From assembly GCA_010909165.1 (NCBI GenBank), contig MU008176.1, positions 860,856-924,855 on the forward strand: a stretch of DNA of 64,000 nt, given 5' to 3'. Positions 58,601 to 64,000 of the stretch are shown in pieces. Both the position numbers and the translations under genes were made by a program. Within the stretch, counting starts at the first letter, position 1, and each line of letters begins with the position of its first letter. Under the pieces are notes generated by a model that was given only the letters and a program-made list of their open reading frames with translations, searched no databases and was not told where the DNA came from. This stretch comes from Anthoceros angustus (Eukaryota; Plantae; Anthocerotophyta).

Positions 58601-61600
58601 GGCTAGAAGCTCTATGTGTGTGGTACACACCGGGACCGTGCCGCCACCCCATGGTGCCCTCATATAGGGCAAGCACACAACCTAGGGCCTTAGGATAATG
58701 CCACTTACGGTCACATGCGACGTGATAGCTGAGTTTTCAAATCAACATTGCCTACATATCTTTGTATATAGATAAAGTTAAATTTGGTTCTATAATACCT
58801 ACCTAGAATCTTTAAAATAGAATCAGAAATACCTCTAGATATCCAATGGGGCTTAGTTGGGAGTATGACATAAGATATGGATACGCATGTCACATGATAG
58901 ATCGAATTTCTATATCTAGAAATTTATTCATCGGGATAAATATATCAATAATATCGTATAGGCGTATGATAGGGCATTTTGAACCAAGACATATAGAATG
59001 TTTCTAGCTAACTTCTTGGTCACCAATGAAGAGGGACGTTCTAGACTCTCTCTCGGTATTCTTCTGACGCCTTGGTGTTAGTTCTTCAAGCACGACCATC
59101 TAATATCATAATTGTAAAGCCCAAGGAATGACAGTGTAGCCAAATAGCTCATTAGAGTTAGCCCGGCTAATCTCCCTTGGCCAAGCTTCCTCTAGAGGTC
59201 CCCTAGGCTAATCTCCCTTGGCCAAGGGCCCTCGAGAGGTCCCCTTGGCTAATCTCCCTTGGCCAAGGGCCCTCTAGAGGTCCTCATCACCTCGGTATAG
59301 ATAAGACTTCCCACTAAAGTCTTCATTCCCCTCCTATATTTTGGTGAATAATCTAATTAGAATAGGAATTAAAGAATCACAAAAACTTATAAACAATTAT
59401 CCATAAGGATAAGTTTTCCTAATAAGGATAATAGTATACAACCGAAAACAAAATCAATAATCAACCATAAACACACTACTGGCGATGACATGTAGAGTGA
59501 TGTTACCCACATCAATATTGAGCTTTTCATCTTATTGATCACTTTCGCCCATAATTGTATGGCACCAAAAGGGTAAAATTATGCTTCCATCAAACCTATA
59601 GCAAAGCTACTATCTATGCAAGCTGAGCTTTTCATCTTAATGATCACTTTCGCCCTTAATTCTATGGCACCAAAAGGGTATGGAGGCTGAAGGGATTCAT
59701 CAAACCTAGGAGCAGACCTACTACAAGAATCTTCTACAAACCCATAGATTGCATATAGATAAAGTTAAATTTGGTTCTATAATACCTACCTAGAATCTTT
59801 AAAATAGAATCGAAATACCTCTAGATATCCAATGGGGCTTAGTTGGGAGTATGACATAAGATATGGATACGCATGTCACATGATAGATCAATTTCTATAT
59901 CTAGAAATTTATTCATCGTGATAAATATATCAATAATATCGTATAGGCGTATGATAGGGCATTTTGAACCGACATATAGAATGTTTCTAGCTAACTTCTT
60001 GGTCACCAATGAAGAGGGACGTTCTAGACTCTCTCTCGGTATTCTTCTACTGAACGCCTTGGTGTTAGTTCTTCAAGCACGACCATCTAATATCATAATT
60101 GTAAAGCCCAAGGAATGACAGTAGCCAACCAAGCTAGTATAGGAAATGAGGTCGTGGTATCCAAGAAATTAAGGATCCATCCTCGGATCATGGTATTTCC
60201 ATCATGGTTTAATTGTATAATGATGTATTTGTTGGTATGATGTATGCCACCACCCCATGGCACGAAATGAAGGATATCTATCCTTGGATCATGATCTTTC
60301 TATCAAGGATTAATTGTATTAGCGATTTGTCATGTCCCATACCTTAAGAAAGGGCCATCCTTGGCCTTGAACTATCTTCCTTATGCTTCTACAATCCAAG
60401 GATTCCAAGGATGTCTTTGGTTTTGAAATCTTTCCTGCAATCCAAGGATTCCGAGGATGTCCTTGGTCTTCAAATCTCTTCTACAATCCAAGGATTAATT
60501 ATGAGGATGTCCTTGGTCTTGAAATCTCTTCTACAATCCAAGGATTAATTATGAGGATGTGCTTGGTCTTGAAATCTCTTCTACAATCCAAGGATTAATT
60601 ATGAGGATGTCCTTGGTCTTGAAATCTCTTCTACAATCCAAGGATTAATTATGAGGATGTCCTTGGTCTTCGATATCTCTTCTACAATCCAAGGATTTTG
60701 AGGATGTCCTTAGTCTTGAAATTTCTTCTACAATCCAAGGATTAATTCCGAGGATGTTCTTGGTCTTCAAATATGGCGAAACTTTTGCAACTATATATGC
60801 CGGTGACATGATACACTAATTCCAATAAAAAAAATGGAAAGAAGTGTTGATGCCATGGAACGTGGAGCATCAATAACTCGACATCGGGGCGTCTAAAGGG
60901 GTCTAAAACAAGAAGACACTTGCGGAAGCTGCGGTAACCCAAAATGACAAATCACAAGGAATATTTGAGTCGGGATCCGTGGACAATATGCCATGGACGC
61001 GGCTCGAGCAAAGAAGGCAAGGAGCAAGTCCAAGTCCAGCTAATTCAAGTGATGAAGAAGGTCATACAACAAACCCCAAAAGTGAGGAAAGAAGTGCCAC
61101 AACAAGCCCCGTGATTGATGGGGAGGAAATGCCACAACAAGCCCTCGTAATTGATGGTGACGAAAAGCCACAAGAACCCTTAGTGATCGACAATGACAAG
61201 CGTGATAAGTTGGAAGAAATGACAAGATTGATCCATACCGACCTTTGTCCTCCTCCAAATCCCCAATGGTTGGTGGTGGCGACTACGACAAATTAGAAGA
61301 AATGACGAGATGGATCGATATTGACCTTTGTCCTCCTCATGACTATTTTTTGGGCAATGACTATGCAATCTTTGAGTCGAGGATGGAGAAAGACCAAGAG
61401 GAGAAATAGGTATAGAAGTAGGAAAGTAAAATTGAGACGGTCTCAATTATGTGTATTGAGATATTACAAAATGTACTAAGAGTTTATTGTAAATAGTAAA
61501 ATACAAACATAGTAGAAGGTTGGAAGGAATCCAATGAGGCAATAAAAGAACAATAAACTCCGCCCCAAGCATGACTTCATGAAGGACTTAAATTCCAGCC

Positions 61601-64000
61601 AGCTTCCCCAACCTACAGCATAAATGCGAGATATAGTGCACGTTGGCGTTGGCGTGAAACACCCTCGCTCTACCCTCATGCAATGTGACCTCACGTGTCG
61701 CTGGGGTGAAAGGTGGAACGGCCACGCGAGGCCCATGTTCTTTGTAGTGCTGCCGAGGCGTGCTAGCATCGACGATTGTAACCCCATAGATTGGGCGCCA
61801 CCTTTAGGTCATATTTCTCTCTCTTTACATGATTTATTGGATATATCATGGTGAAACAATTTCTTCGGCCCAAGTCGGGCTGCTCGACCCGGCCCTAATT
61901 GTAACCCTAAAACCTGTTGTGGTGCTCGCCATTTTTGCTGCCGCTCCGCCTGCCCAGTGAGCTCGAATCTACCGTACCGCCATGCGCTCCACGGCGTGAG
62001 GGGATGGCAGCCATGGTCTCACCCTTGCTGCCCGGTCACGACCATCGTAGTCCGACTACATAGCTTGTGTGCAATACTGAAGTATTTAGTGATTGCCTTG
62101 AATGGCGGAGGAATGGAGTGTAGAATAATGTGCTCCGCTTTCGCTAGGGGTGCTGGAATGTCTAGGATTTTGTTGCGGTTGGGCATAGGAAATGTGTGCG
62201 ATGGTAGTGCAATGAGAAAGGAGATACCATTTGTGGGATTTTGTCACCGGTATGGTTGTGCTTAAACCGCCTTCTCAATGTGATTGCGTGCTTGATCGAT
62301 TCTCACGGACTCCTTGCAATGGTAGCCCTATAGAAAGCAGTTACCTTGCTCTTCCCGACCTCTTTATGATTTTGGACGACCTTCCAATTGAGCTCAGTTG
62401 ATGGCTCCCCTCTCATGTTCTTTGCCGCATTGTCATTCGTCTTTGAGCGGGGCGATGCAAAGAGGAGGGTTCTTTGCTATTTAACTTACGTGGCAATTTA
62501 TTGTGTGAGGAGCGGGAGTGAGGCGGCACGGTGCCCATCAGTTGGATTTTGTACACATAAACTAGGAGAAAAGTGATACAACAAGATGGTGAAAGAACTA
62601 GGTGTTGTCCCTTTGTAATCTTGGGCGAGTTAAGGCAGTTAGCTAGCACAAGTTCAATAATGGACCATGTGCTAGCTAACTATCTTTAAGACAAAGTTGA
62701 GAAGGACTTATCAAGATTCCTAGACCGTAGAGGGATATTGTTCAAGATCCTCTACTCTATAGCACCGTGTTTACGATTCATGTGCAATGAAAGATGCCAA
62801 GCAGTTCCATGGTCTAACTTAATAGCACCAAAAGGGTATGGAGGTCAAGGATTTATCAAACGCTAGAAGCGGGCGTACTATTAGAATCTTCTACGAACCC
62901 ATAGATTGCATACTATCGAGCGGATCGCCTGTCGATTCTACTCGAAAATGTCTACCTACGTGGAACCAGCGGTACAAGCAGTGTTAATGGACAGCCAAAA
63001 TGGCTTAGATTTCGAGGGAAGAAGAAGAATTCTACAACTTTGGGCACACTTTGCCTACAAGGTGGCAACCCAATCGGGACCTGCCACCCCATCGCCCAAG
63101 GTGAGGTGGCTAGAAGCTCTATGTGTGTGGTACACACCGGGACCGTCGCCACCCCATGGTGCCCTCATATAGGGCAAGCACACAACCTAGGGCCTTCCGG
63201 ATAATGCCACTTTACGGTCACATGCGACGTGATAGCTGAGTTTTCAAATCAACATTGCCTACATATCTTTGTATATAGATAAAGTTAAATTTGGTTCTAT
63301 AATACCTACCTAGAATCTTTAAAATAGAATCGAAATACCTCTAGATATCCAATGGGGCTTAGTTGGGGAGTATGACATAAGATATGGATACGCATGTCAC
63401 ATGATAGATCAATTTCTATATCTAGAAATTTATTCATCGTGATAAATATATCAATAATATCGATAGGCGTATGATAGGGCATTTTGAACCAAGACATATA
63501 GAATGTTTCTAGCTAACTTCTTGGTCACCAATGAAGAGGGACGTTCTAGACTCTCTCGGTATTCTTCTACAACGCCTTGGTGTTAGTTCTTCAAGCACGA
63601 CCATCTAATATCATAATTGTAAAGCCCAAGGAATGACAGTAGCCAACCAAGCTAGTATAGGAAATGAGGTCGTGGTATCCAAGAAATTAAGGATCCATCC
63701 TCGGATCATGGTATTTCCATCATGGTTTAATTGTATAATGATGTATTTGTTGGTATGATGTATGCCACCACCCCATGGCACGAAATGAAGGATATCTATC
63801 CTTGGATCATGATCTTTCTATCAAGGATTAATTGTATTAGCGATTTGTCATGTCCCATACCTTAAGAAAGGGCCATCCTTGGCCTTGAACTATCTTCCTT
63901 ATGCTTCTACAATCCAAGGATTCCGAGGATGTCCTTGGTCTTCAAATCTCTTCTACAATCCAAGGATTAATTATGAGGATGTCCTTGGTCTTGAAATCTC

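Larger units (their letters stand above)
50560..64000. repeat. Complex tandem array with a ~3.5-kb core unit (starts ~52166, 55693, 60121, 63639) and a higher-order ~8.6-kb period (50560 and 59136); runs off the window end
   Basis: gtagccaaccaagctagtatagg recurs at the unit starts. A ~365-bp block (atagataaagttaaatttgg...gtaaagcccaaggaatga) occurs 6 times. gtagccaaatagctcattagag occurs at ~50561 and ~59136. Confidence 0.95.

Noticed and set aside
50560-64000. Array as rDNA/5S units or a tandem TRIM/LTR element
   Set aside because: No rRNA sequence recognised; the repeated block lacks TG..CA ends, a PBS and a PPT.

Overview
Nuclear DNA from a non-seed land plant. The PLS-PPR with long-L motifs, compact GC-rich genes and short introns fit a hornwort best, but this is inferred and unverified. 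The window has three zones. (1) 1-28.4 kb is a nest of retroelements: a Ty3/gypsy pol carrying a C5 DNA-methyltransferase domain between protease and RT, a convergent gag, a Ty1/copia 5' half, two possible Penelope-like remnants, and a complete chromodomain gypsy (21689-28342; LTRs, PBS, PPT, TTGAT TSD). (2) 28.6-49.7 kb holds minisatellites and a gene block: a repetitive orphan ORF, a plastid-type FAD oxidoreductase, a P-class PPR head-to-head with a very long PLS-E+ PPR whose predicted N-terminus has an OSB-type PDF (ssDNA-binding) motif, an intronless ORF with colinear uracil-DNA-glycosylase-like motifs and altered specificity residues, and a divergent AT-rich P4-ATPase. (3) 50.6-64 kb is a ~3.5-kb tandem array whose unit contains a CpG-decayed inverted copy of the oxidoreductase 3' end, a 50-bp subrepeat and an AT-hook-like small ORF. 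Frameshifts cluster in duplicated or repetitive DNA and look like long-read consensus deletions, so 'pseudogene' status there is uncertain. All family calls come from motifs read by eye; no searches were run.
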